Of a stretch of DNA of 64,000 bases, positions 17,214-29,898 are shown piece after piece (positions within the stretch are counted from its first letter, which is position 1; each line of letters begins with the position of its first letter). Below the pieces are notes generated by a model. It was not told the DNA's origin. It was given only the letters and a program-made list of their open reading frames with translations, and made no database searches. The stretch spans positions 62,001-126,000 of the forward strand of contig MCFH01000044.1 of assembly GCA_002104945.1 (NCBI GenBank), read 5' to 3'. The stretch comes from Piromyces finnis finn (lineage: Eukaryota > Fungi > Neocallimastigomycota). The translations under genes were made by a program, and so were the position numbers.

Positions 17214-20200
17214 CTAAATATTAGTTTCATTACCATTAACTTTAGTTGAAGACTCATCACACTGAGAAAGTGAAATTAAATAGCTTATATCATAATTTTC
17301 ATGATTGTTATCATTTGGAATACTTATTGGACTGACATTTTCATCAATTTTATTATTTTCTCTTTCCTTATTTCTAAAACTTTTTATATTATTAATATTT
17401 AAGAGCTTTGATGCTCTTCTTGCTAGTGAAGGTTTTCTTTTAACTGGTGATTCTTTTATTTCATTTTCAGTAATAGTTATATTTGATTGATTATTTGGGT
17501 ATTGATTTTTGAAGTTATAAACTAAATTTTTTGTGCTATTCATTTCTCTTTTATCGGTAAAAGATTTTGATTTTAATAAAGTTTTAAATTTATTGCCAAA
17601 TTTTTTCTTCATTGTTCCATTATTACTGTATGAATTAACATCATCATTTTCATTATCAGAAAACATAAGTATATCTAAGTTATTTTCATGAATACTATTA
17701 TTACTGTTAATTTTATTATTACTATCATTATTGATTTCAACATTATTATTATTATCAATGTTACAATTACAATTGCTACTTTTATTATTATTATCAATAT
17801 TACAATTGCAATTGCTACTTTTATTATTAGTATTGTTATTGTTATTGTTGATATTACTATTATAATTATCATGCTTATCACTATTTTCAATATTATTTTT
17901 AATATCAATATCTTTGTCATTCTCAACATTAGAAGTTTTATCTTCATTTGTGTAAGATCTATTTCTTTCAATGTTATTGGAATCAGTTATTGAAGTTTTT
18001 TCTACTAGGTCAATTGATTTATTACATGCTTTATAATTACTTTCTTTGTTATTATTTTCATATACTAAAATATTTTCTTGATTATTTGATTTATCATTTG
18101 TCATTTTAATATTATTATTTGAATCTGCTTTTTGTTCAGTGTCAGTTCCTCTAATCAAAGAATAAATATCATCTTTATTTACAGGTTTATTAGAACTTCG
18201 TAATTCATGAAGTTTCTTTTGTATATTAATTATCTGATTTTCTTCTTCTAATGATTTATTGTATGAATTATTTATAAGATCTGTTATTCTTTTCATATTT
18301 TCTCTAAAGTTTTCTGTTATATTAGTAGATAAATTATTCGAATCTATATTATATATACGTTTTGAATTAATTTCATTGCTATTATTTATTTTCCCTATAC
18401 TTAAACTATTTTCTTTATTCAGGCTTGAAGAAGATATTCCATGGTAAATTTTATCTTTACTGCTATCTGATTTATCATTATCATGTGTTTCTTTATTTTC
18501 ATCATAATCAATTTTTGTGCCTAATACAATTATCTTTAAAGCTTTTAAAAATTTGTAGAAAAGCCAATAAAGTCCTCCAATAACTTTTATATTAATTATA
18601 AATGTAATATTTAAAAATATAAATAAAAAATTGCTTTCATAATAATTAAAAGATATATATATTAATTATATTATTATATATAACAATTAAAATATTTACG
18701 AGTTAAGAAATAATCTAAGGTAATGAAACCAATTTCACTTGCAATATTTCTTTTAAAGTATGTTTTATTTTGTTTATTTTCTTCAAATACTTTCATACGA
18801 ATAAGCAAGTCATTATTAAGAGTATTTGATACTTCTTTTGAATCATTAATAATGGTTTCAATTTTATTATTATTGTTATTAAATTTCAAATTAATTGCAT
18901 TTGTCATATTTTCAAAATCATCATATTGTTTGTCAATATTTTGAATAATTTCATTGATTTCTTTTTTGGAATATTCTTTTTTAGGTTTTTCCATAATATC
19001 TTTACAATATGAGTTTCTGAAATTATCGTTAGACAAGTTATTATTTCTATAAATATCATTATTCCTATTTGTAGGATTATTAAAATCATTTATGAGAGGT
19101 TTATTATCGTATTCCTGAATTGACTTCAATTTAATACTTGATTTTTTACTACTTCTTCTATAACCAATTATATCATTTCCTATTTTTGGAGATTGTAAGG
19201 AATCAGACTTTTACAAACATATTAATAAAAGAGTAGTTATAATTAACAATCATTTTTTAAAAAAATATACATTATTATTAATATGTTATTATGTTATTAT
19301 ATTAAAAATAATTATTTATATATACATATACATAAATTTACCGTGAAATAATCTTCTGGTTCTTCAACTATAACAGGTGATCCTAGGACTGAAGGAGTAT
19401 ATTCACTATCATCTTCATTATCTGTATTATCCATATCATTAAATAAATATGATCTATCTTTTACATTATATATTTTATTAATAACTGATTTTCGACGTGT
19501 CATATTTGAATTAATTACTGTAGTATTTTCATTTACAAAGTCAAATGAAAATGAATTATTTTTATTAGGTTTTTCTTTTTCCATAACGTCACCTTTTTGA
19601 AAAATTATTTCATTTTTAGAATTTGTCAAATCTAAATCTTCAATCATATTTTGCATTTCTTTAGTTTTTAAAATATCTAAATTTTTCATATTTATTAACT
19701 CCTTGGAAAAGTTATAAATACAATAGTTTGCCTTAATTAAATTATATTTAATAGATTCTAACATTTTTTCTTCTAAGTTCTTGTAAATTATATTAATTAA
19801 ATTATTATATTTTTCTTCAAGTTCTATAAGATCATTTAACTTTATTTCATTATCTGAATATAATTCATTTGTATTTGAAGGGTTGTATGTCAGTACAATT
19901 TTTGTATTTAATAATATTGGATTATTTTTAAGAAATTCTTCATTAGTAAAATCAAAGTCTATATTTGGAGAAGAACATTCTTTCATAATCTCATTATAAC
20001 GATCATTATAAGTATCATCCACTTCAATGTTGGAATATGCATCATCTTCTATTTCATTATAAAATTCACCATTACTCCTTATCCATGAATTAGTATAATC
20101 ATCAACTCTTCTAATACTATTATCATCTAATTCATTTTCAGATAGTAGTTCACTATTTTTTTTATTTTTAAGTGATCCATTTGTATAATTACGTTCAAAT

Positions 20201-23200
20201 ATCTTTTTAATATTTAATAAATTTCTTTTTTTCTTTTTATCATCTGCATTCTTCTTCAATATAGAAGGATCACACTCTATATTGTCTTTTAATGGCTTTA
20301 TATTTAATAATTCAACTTCATCATTATTATTATTATTATTAATAGATTGTGCTGAATTTATTAAATCATTTCTTATAAGATATTGTCTTTTATCATATTG
20401 GAATTTTGGTTGAATATCTTTAATAATTGAACGAATTCCTTTACTATCCATATTATTAAATATTTTCTTAATACTTTTTGATTCTATACAATTATTTTTG
20501 ATTATATATTATAAAAAATATATTAATAATTTAAAATTAATGCAAATTAATTTTTATTTAATAAATGAGTTAGTAATATTTATTTTTTAAATATTTATAT
20601 TTAGAAAACTGAGAAAAGTGTATTTACCAGTTAAGTTATTATTATCATCATTAATTTTATTATTGAAATAAGTATTTGAGGCAGTTATACCGATATCTAT
20701 GTTATTATATTTTATATTACCATTTTGCATTTCATCACCACTATCTTGTTGTTCATTTTGTTTACCACGCTTACGAAGTAATATCTTACGTAATGGATTT
20801 TTAGTTGAATTCGGAGTGTCCAAATTATAGTAAGATCTTGTATAATTATAATTCAAATTATTAAAGGAACCTTCGACTGCAGTGTTAGGAATGTTCTTTT
20901 CTTTATTTTTTTTGTTAGAATTATTAATATTGATGAATGATTGATTAAATTGTTGACTTTGATAGCGAGAAATATCGGGCATTGAAGATCTTCTTCCACG
21001 AACATGGGTTATATCTAAAAATGAATTGTCGGTTTCTTTATCATTATTATCATTCGTTAATACATTTTCATTTAATTTTCTTATAGAATGAATTTCTGAT
21101 AGACGATTTCGTGAGTTTATTATACGAGAATTACATAATGGATTTCTACTACCTTGAGGTGTTTTAATGGTTAATTCATCACCAATATCTGAATGATATT
21201 CTGTTAATGTTGATAATTTCGATTGTGGACGATTTTGAGATGAACTAAATTCCAATATTGACGCAGAATTAGGAATATGTACCTCACTTATTCCACTTGT
21301 ACACTCCACATTATTAGTTGTTGCATTATTTAAATTATTGGTTATTATTGATAATAATGGTTTTTTATTACGATTTTTAGCTTTTGGTATGAATAAATTA
21401 ATTAGACTCTCCTTATCATCATTTTTATTCAGGTTTGTAGATAGAGGCGAAGAATTATTAGTAATAACACTAGGATTATGTGTTAATATAGAAGTAAATG
21501 GATGCAATACTGAATCAGTATTATCATTTTCCATATTTTTTTTCAATTGTGATCCATCAGATTCATAATTACTATCATGCTTTTTTAGCTTTTTGAATAT
21601 ATATTTATATGAAGACATAAACTCTTCATTTAGTGCTTTTTTATTATCATCAAGTATAGGAGGATATAGAGATGCTCTATTAGAATCTTTAACAGAATTT
21701 GAATTTTGGTCCAAAATGTAAGATTTATCTTTATTTTGTCCATTAATATCAGAATTTGTTGGGCTAGTCTTAATATGACTTCTTTCACTAGCATTATCCG
21801 TATAATCATCTGTTTTCCATATTGAATTATCTTCACTGTTCATATTACTTAAATTCTTATTATGTTGACTAAAAATATTACCAGCTAATGGTTCAATTGA
21901 TGTTTTATTATCATCATTACTATTATCGGAAACATTATTAGTTTTATTATATTGATTATTGAAATCAGTAATTTCGCTATTATCAATATACCAAAAATCT
22001 TGATTTTTCCGATTTTTTTTTAAAGTATTTATATTGCCTTGAGTTGCTTGAATAATCCACATACGAGTACGCCAACGCATTATAAATAATGGATTATATA
22101 TTTGATTATTTGTTATTATATTGTTAATATAATTATAACGAAATTCCAGATATTCTTTACATGTATTAGATCTTGCTAAAGTTTCTGGAGAAATAACTTC
22201 TTCATCAATTTGACTGATTGTACTTTGACTACTATTCATAGAATTTGTAAATTGACTTGAAGAATTTATATGAGATTCACTTGAATTATATTTTTCATGA
22301 TTTGATTCTTCTTCTTCTATAGAATTAATAACAATAGGATTTTGTTGAAAACAAATATTTCTTCTATGATTTGCTATTGAAGATATACCATTTATACTAT
22401 TATGTTCACTTATCGAGGAAATTCCGTTTGCACTGTTATGCTTACTTAAAGAAGAACCATTATTATTAAAAAAAGTAGAATTATCTTTAGAAGATATTGT
22501 ATTTGTAGGTTGTTCGTTCTTTTTATAATTATTAATACTCATATTAATAATATTGAGAAGCATAGGATCATCATTTGAAATTAAATCATCAATATTAGTA
22601 GATGATGAAGATGAATCTGTTTCATCATAATCATTTTCAGGACTTGGTGTACTGTCATCATCATTTAATGGACTATCATTATATTCACTACTGCTAATAC
22701 TTTTTCTTTTACTAATCTTGTCATTATTTGATTCTTCATCAGAATAATTACTTGAATTTATGCTTTCTGTATAAGATATAAATGATTGTTTTTTGTTATT
22801 TGAGTATCGATGAGGATAATAGCTATAGCTTATTATATCATCATTGTCTAACAAATATTTAAAAGTTGAGTTTTAAATCAATAATTAATTAGAAACTAAT
22901 TAGAGTATACTTGAGAAATTAAATTTAAATATCATAAGTCATATTTATAATATACTTTCTTTTACCATTTAAAGATGAAATTGTCGAATTTTCATTATCA
23001 GTAGTATTGGCGTTAACATTTGAAATATTTTTTGAATTTCTTAAATTTTTTCTAATACTCCCTCCTGATAGAATCTCACCCCATGAATTGTCTTCATTAT
23101 TAATAGAAACTTGTGTAAGTGTACTTTTTCTGGAAATATCATGAGGTTTTATTTCTTTTATTTCATTTTTTTCAGTATCTTCATTATTTATATCATTTTT

Positions 23201-23326
23201 ATTCTTTATATTTTTAATTAAATAATAATAATAGTAATAATATTTATTATTAATATCATTTTACATACATTTACAAAATAGTCATTTATTATATATTACT
23301 TTTATATCATCGATTATATCTGACAT
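17214..23326 (-). CDS. Large (~1,800 aa) N/S/D-rich, mostly disordered protein of unknown function with one conserved-looking motif and a putative transmembrane segment; 6 exons
   Basis: ATG at 23326 (MSDIIDDIK|GT). GT-AG splices join ORFs 20587-22854, 19312-20451, 18674-19129 and 17214-18296 in frame. It contains LARSNTCKEYLEFRY...YNPLFIMRWR...FWYIDNSE and a hydrophobic stretch IGFITLDYFLTLIGGLYWLFYKFLKALKIIVL. The 3' end is uncertain. Confidence 0.7.
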
Positions 23327-24595
23327 TCTTTTTTATTGTATAATAATAATTATTGGTTAAGATAGAAAGAAATAATTATATTTTTTATAATCAATTTTTT
23401 CTTTTATTTTTATTTATAAATAATTAATATTAAAATGAAAAAATAAATGTTGGGATATTTTTCTTAATTTTTTTTTATTAAAGACTTTTTAATAATAACA
23501 TTTTAATTATTTAAATATTATGTTTATTAAATAGATTTTCTTTTTCTTTTTAATTATTTATATTAATATTATGTTATAGATATTTTATTAAATAACAAAC
23601 ATAATAAACATAATAATAATCATTAGAAGATAGTTATTAAAAAGATATTATATTTTGATTTTTCTTTTTTCATATATATATATATATATAAAGTTATAAA
23701 AAAAAAATAAAATAAAACCCCAATAATATAAAAAAAAAAAAAGTAGAACTATAATTATAAATATAATTTTTAAAATATAGTTTTGAGTTTTGTATAATTC
23801 ATTTATATCTTACTAACGAACGTTAATAATTAAAGTTATTTAGTGTATAATATTTTATATATAAAAGAGTCATTTTCATAATTTTATATTAAAGTATCAC
23901 AAAAAATAATAAAAATATTTTATATTAATAAGTAGTTTAAATTTTGATATTATAATGAATGAAAAAATTGAACTTTTTGGTATAAAATTTTGGATAAAAT
24001 AAACGCTTTTATGATTTTGTCTCTATTATATTTTTCATATAATTATAAACTTTATTATTAATCATTTTTTATAGATCATTTCAACTATTTTTAGTATAAT
24101 TATATAATATATATTACATTATATTATAATATATTCAAAATAATCTGGAAAATAAATTAACTTTTTTTAAAAAATATTTGAGATATTATGTTGTGTTATT
24201 ACATTAAAGTTTTGTATTCATGTATACATTCATAAAAATTATTAATTCAATTAATTTATTTAATTTATTCATTTATATGTTCATCCAATATAGATCAAAG
24301 AGTATAATAATTAAAAGTGTTCAATTATTATTAATAAAAACTAATTCTGAAATTTAAAAATTAAAAGCATTTTAAAATTTGATTAGAAATCTATTTTTTT
24401 TTTTTTTTTAATTTAAAAATTCTCTCTCTCTTTCTCTCTTTATTTTTTTTTATTTTTTTATAAATTATAAAAATCGAAATATATTGAGTAAATAATTATT
24501 ATTATTATTAAATAAAAATTTTGCTTTAAACATTTTCAAGCATATAAACCAGTAAATATACACTAATTTTAGACATACACTTTACATGTAAAATC

Positions 24596-27500
24596 ATGAG
24601 TTTCAATAAAGGTAAGTAAAAATAGATAGATATATTAATGGTTATGTTTATTTCATTTATTAATATTAAATAAAATGTATAAATAAATATTTATTTTATT
24701 AATAAATAATTAAAAAATGGATATTAAAATAATCTTATTTAAAATCTCAAAAAATATATATATAAACATTTTAAGATAATAAAAAGTCACCTTTTTCTTT
24801 AAACATTAGTAGTAGTAATAGTAGTTCACCTTTCTCCTTAAGCACTCCAGAACATAATGAAAAATCTCCTTTTAGTCTTTCATCGTCTTCTAAACCAACT
24901 TTAAGTACCTTAAATAATAATAAAAAGGATAATTCATCATTTTTAGTTTCTTCTAACAATTTCAACACAAATAAATCTTCACCGTTCTCCTTACAAACTA
25001 ACAATACTAAACCTTTATTAAATCAATTAAACAGTACCACTGAAAAACCATCTTTATTCTCCTTACAATCAGACAATGTTATAAAACCTGCATTAAATAA
25101 TAATAACAGTGAAAATTCAAAACCTTCACTACCTTTTATGCAAAATTTAAATAATAATGGAAATAATAACAATTCTCCCTTCTCCCTTTTTACAAATTCA
25201 GATAAAAAATTAATATCTCCTTTTTCTTTATCCAATGCTAATAGTAATTCGCCATTCACTCTAAATCAAAATAATAATAAACTAATTATTAATAATCAAA
25301 ATGATACTAAAAATTCATCACCTCTATCGTTGCCTATCTCAAGTAAATCAACAATATTTAACAATAATTTAGAACAGACTACTGAAAAAAAGTCTTCACC
25401 ATTCACCCTTCAAAATAATTCACAACCCCTCAGTAGTATGATAAATGATTCAAAACCATCACCTTTTACGTTACATTCATCCAACAATGATATAAATGAT
25501 AAAAACAATACATTGTCATTATCATTAAAAGGTAATAAAACAGAAAAACCAAGTAGAAATGATGGTAATAGTGATTTAACAAAAAAACCAAATGTCAATC
25601 CTATAGAATCTTCAATTTTTGCTTCATTTAATATTACAAATAATAAAAAATCGGATCGTGTTGAAGTTTCTCAAGATGATAACAATTTAATTGCTAAACC
25701 ATCTGGTTTTGCTAAATTTTTGTTAGATATGGATGAAGAAGATAATAAAAATTCAAATGTAATGTCAAGTAAAGTAATATCATCTATGATGATTATTAAT
25801 GATAAAAAAGATGATATTATTCTCAAATCACCTTCATCACAAAATATTCTATTAGATTTAGATGAAGAATCAGCAAACAAAGAAGCAATTAGCAAATTAA
25901 GTGAGATTCATAAACTTTTTAGAAATACTTCACCTTATTATCTTTTGAATTTTATTGATTGGGACGAAGAAGAAGATAATAAAGATAATTATTTATATGA
26001 AGAAGAAATAAAAGAATATACAGGAAAAGATGAAAATGAAAGTGAAGAAGAAATACAAAATCAAGATACTTATAATGAAAAGAATGAAAAGGATATTAAA
26101 ATTTCACATAAATTATTTAGATTTGATACACCAAGTCCTGATGATATTGTAATTATTTCAAGAGAAAAAGGAAAGAAAGGTAATAATAAATTTAAATATA
26201 TACAATACAGAAATAGAAATAAAGATAATCAAATGAAAATAATTATTTATTATGTATAATTAAATATTTATAATCCATTATATATTTTATATTAATATTT
26301 TTTTTTTTTTAAGATGCCAGAGATATCAATGCTCGTTCAAATAAGTATAAAGAAAAGAAGAATGAAAAGACAACTAATAAAAATATTAAGCAATCAAATA
26401 TTGAGATTTCATCTGATCATGTAATTAGAATCGGCGCATTAGATAGTAACAGTGGCCTTTCAAAAAATTCATCCTTAAATTCTAGTCGTTCTTCATTATC
26501 AAATGACGATGAAGAATATTCAATGATTAAAGAACAGAACCCTAATGGATTTAACTTTAAATATAGAAATGAGGTATTAGCGAATGCTTTTCCGTCTGAA
26601 AATGAATTATTTGAAACAGAAGAAGAAAAAGCTGAAAATGACTATTATAAATATTATAAGTTTGAAGATGAAAATGCCAAAATTGTGGAAACTTATTATC
26701 CACCTATTCCTGATCCTCTTCCAGCTAAATATAATTCTGTTTATTATCATAAACTAAATATAGAAAATGAATTACAAAAAAGAAAGAATATTAACTATAG
26801 AAAAGCGTTACATATAACTTGCTTAGGTAAAAGAAAATAAATAAATAAATTTATATAAAATTTAGATAGGATTCACAAAATGATTTAATATATAATTAAT
26901 AATAATATATTTTTTAAAATTTAATTTATATATATATATATATATTTCTGAAATTACATATGCAATAATTATAGGACCATTAAGAAGTGGTAAAAGTACT
27001 TTATTAGGCCGTATATATGAAGAACTAATATTAAAACCTAATAATTCACTTAGAGAAGTGAAAAAAATTGAAAAGGAGTTGCAACGTCGTAATCAAACTT
27101 TAGAAAGACGTTATGCCTGGTTAATGGATGAATCTAAAATTGAAAAAGAAAGGTAAAGCAATAATTAATATAATTATCTTTAATTTTTTTTTTTTTAATA
27201 GATTTAAAAGAATATATTTTTTAATTAATTATTAAATAGAAATACAACATTAGGAGTTACTACCGATTTTTCTGTAAACTATAAAAATCGTGAAATTGTA
27301 ATATATGATACACCAGGACATACAGATTATATATCTACTACTATAACTGAACTATATAATGTATGTATAGTAATATGTATATAAAAATAATTAAAATATA
27401 AATATATAAAAAGAAAAAATAAAGATGGTTATTGTAATTATTTCTTAAATTAATATTTATATATGTTTGTATAATTTTATTGTTTTCCTTTTCTTATATA

Positions 27501-29083
27501 GACGGATATCATATTGTTAATGGTTGATGCTTCTTCAGAAAATATTAACAATGAATGTGATATTGCTATTATTAAAGATTATCTTTTCTTATGTAAGTGT
27601 ATTGGTATTCAAGATGTTATTGTGGTGATCAATAAAATGGAAAAGGTGAAATATTCAGAAATAATTTATCAAAAATTACAAACTAAAATTCAAAAAATTG
27701 TTGAGCAATTTAAATTCAAAAATAATCATGTCTATTATGTTCCTTGTGATGGATTAAATGCAGAAAATATATTTGAAAAATCAATAAATCCATTATTGAA
27801 CTGGTATCAAGGAAAATCTATTTTTGATTATTTAGGTAATAATAATGAATATATTAATTTTAATTATATTAAAAAGTATTTCATTTTTCAATAAATAGTA
27901 ACTTTTTTTTTTCTGGATAATTTAAATTTTAATTTTTTTTTTTTTAAAAAAAAAATTAACTTATAAAAATAGATGACATAGATATTATTGAAGAACAAGA
28001 AATAACTGATAATAAATCCATTATAGATACTCCATTCCGAATGGTAGTAAAAGACTATATGAGAGAAAATGGTATTAGTGGTTCAAGTGTTACAGTAGAG
28101 GGTCGTATTTCATATGGTATAATTCAAGTAGGTGAAAATATCTTTACTACACCCAATTATGATGTACCATTTGTTAGAGGTAAATATATATATATATATT
28201 AAAATAAAAATTATAAAAAAGGGAAAAAAAATATTAATAAATAAATAAAAAATTGTTGTAACCTAATAATATATCATAATTTATTATTATTAATTTAGCT
28301 ATTGAATGCAATGGTCAATTAGTTAAATATGCTGTTGCTGGTGATTATGTTCGCATAGGTTTAGGAAATATAGATATAACAAAAATTAGGTATTATTTTT
28401 TTAAATAAATATATCATATAATTTAAGTGTATATATATATATATATTTTATATATATTAATTCTTTTATATATATTTTATATAATGAATAGTAAAAATGC
28501 AATTTTATGTTCAATTGATAATCCAATAAAGCTTGTAAATAAGTTTAAAGCCCAAATTCTAGTGAATAGTTCTAGTATTCCAATAATTAAAGGAACTAAC
28601 GTAATTGTTAATTAAAAATTACTTTATTTAATGAAATAAAAGTTAGTTATTATATTATTACTAATATAAGCAATTCTATCTATTTTCCTTTAAATAGGCT
28701 ATTATGTATATCAACAATAATCAAGAATCAGTATTTATTAAAAAGATTAAAATGAAAAAGGTGAAATTAGAAAATAATAAAGTTATCAAGAGAAGAACAA
28801 CGTAAGTGTGATTCTTACTATAATAAATAAATAAATAAATAGATAAAAAAAAAAAAGCTGATAATATTTTAAATACATATATTTATATATTTAAATTTTT
28901 CTTTATTTTTCAAACATTTAAAAAAGAATTATACCCAAAAATACCATAACTGAAGTTATAATTCAACTTCATGATAAAAGGCGTATTCCAATTCAAACCT
29001 ATACAACATTTCGTCATTTTGGCCGGTTTATTCTACAACATGATTCAGAAATTATTGCTTCTGGTATAGTTTTAGAATCATAA
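24596..29083 (+). CDS. HBS1: HBS1/SKI7-family eEF1A-like GTPase with long N-terminal low-complexity region and Ski7-type motifs
   Basis: ATG at 24596; first exons 24596-24611, 24776-26179, 26314-26826, 26975-27152, 27240-27360 and 27502 onward; stop at 29081-29083. Spliced G domain: ITCLGPLRSGKSTLLGRI...RYAWLMDESKIEKERNTTL...IYDTPGHTDY...VVINKME...YVPCDGLNAENI. Domain II/III follow (PFRMVV, VAGDYVRIGL, FRHFGRFILQHDSEIIASGIV). The N-terminal half carries AKPSGFAKFL and FRFDTPSPDDIV. The family call is solid; orthology to HBS1 versus SKI7 is uncertain. Confidence 0.85.
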
Positions 29084-29898
29084 TTTGAAAAAATAATTAT
29101 ATGCATATATAAATGGTAAAAAAAAAAAAAAAAAAGTAAAAATAATAAAAAAAAAAAGTTAAAAGTCTATTAGAAATTATAGTTTTTTTTTTTTTTTTTT
29201 TAATTTATCTAATTCTATTAATAAAGGATTATTTAATGAAATGATCTGTTAAATAAAATTCACTAAAAAAAAAAAAAAAAGTTTGCACAATACAAATATA
29301 TATATATATTTTTTTTAAAAAAAAAAAAAAATAAAAAGCTAAATAAAAACTAAAATAAAATCTATAATTTTCCAATTTTTTAAAATAATTTAATTTTATT
29401 TAATTATTATTTATATATTTTTAATTGGGAAAAGGTATTTATAAAATATTAATATTTAGGATATGTATAATTATAAATTTATAAAATAAACTAAAAAATA
29501 AATAAAAAAAATTTTTTTTATTAAGAAGAAAAACTGTTGAATATGTATATATTTTAAATAAATAAAAAAATAAAAAAATAAATAAAAAGGATAAAAATAA
29601 ATATTAATAATAAAATAAAATTTCTATATATATATATATATATATTAATATTAGAAAATACTAATTACTGTAATCGTTCAACTTAAAAAAAAAAAAAAAA
29701 AAAAACGAAAAAACTATATATATACTTTTTTTTTTTTTTTTAATCTATTATATCACTTCTTATACATAGGATTTCACAGAAAATTATGAAATTTATATAT
29801 ATAGTAATATAAACAAGAATAATTGATATATAAAACATAAGTTATTTTTTTTTTTTTTGTACAATAATTCTAATAAAACTAGAATGACATTCTTAATT

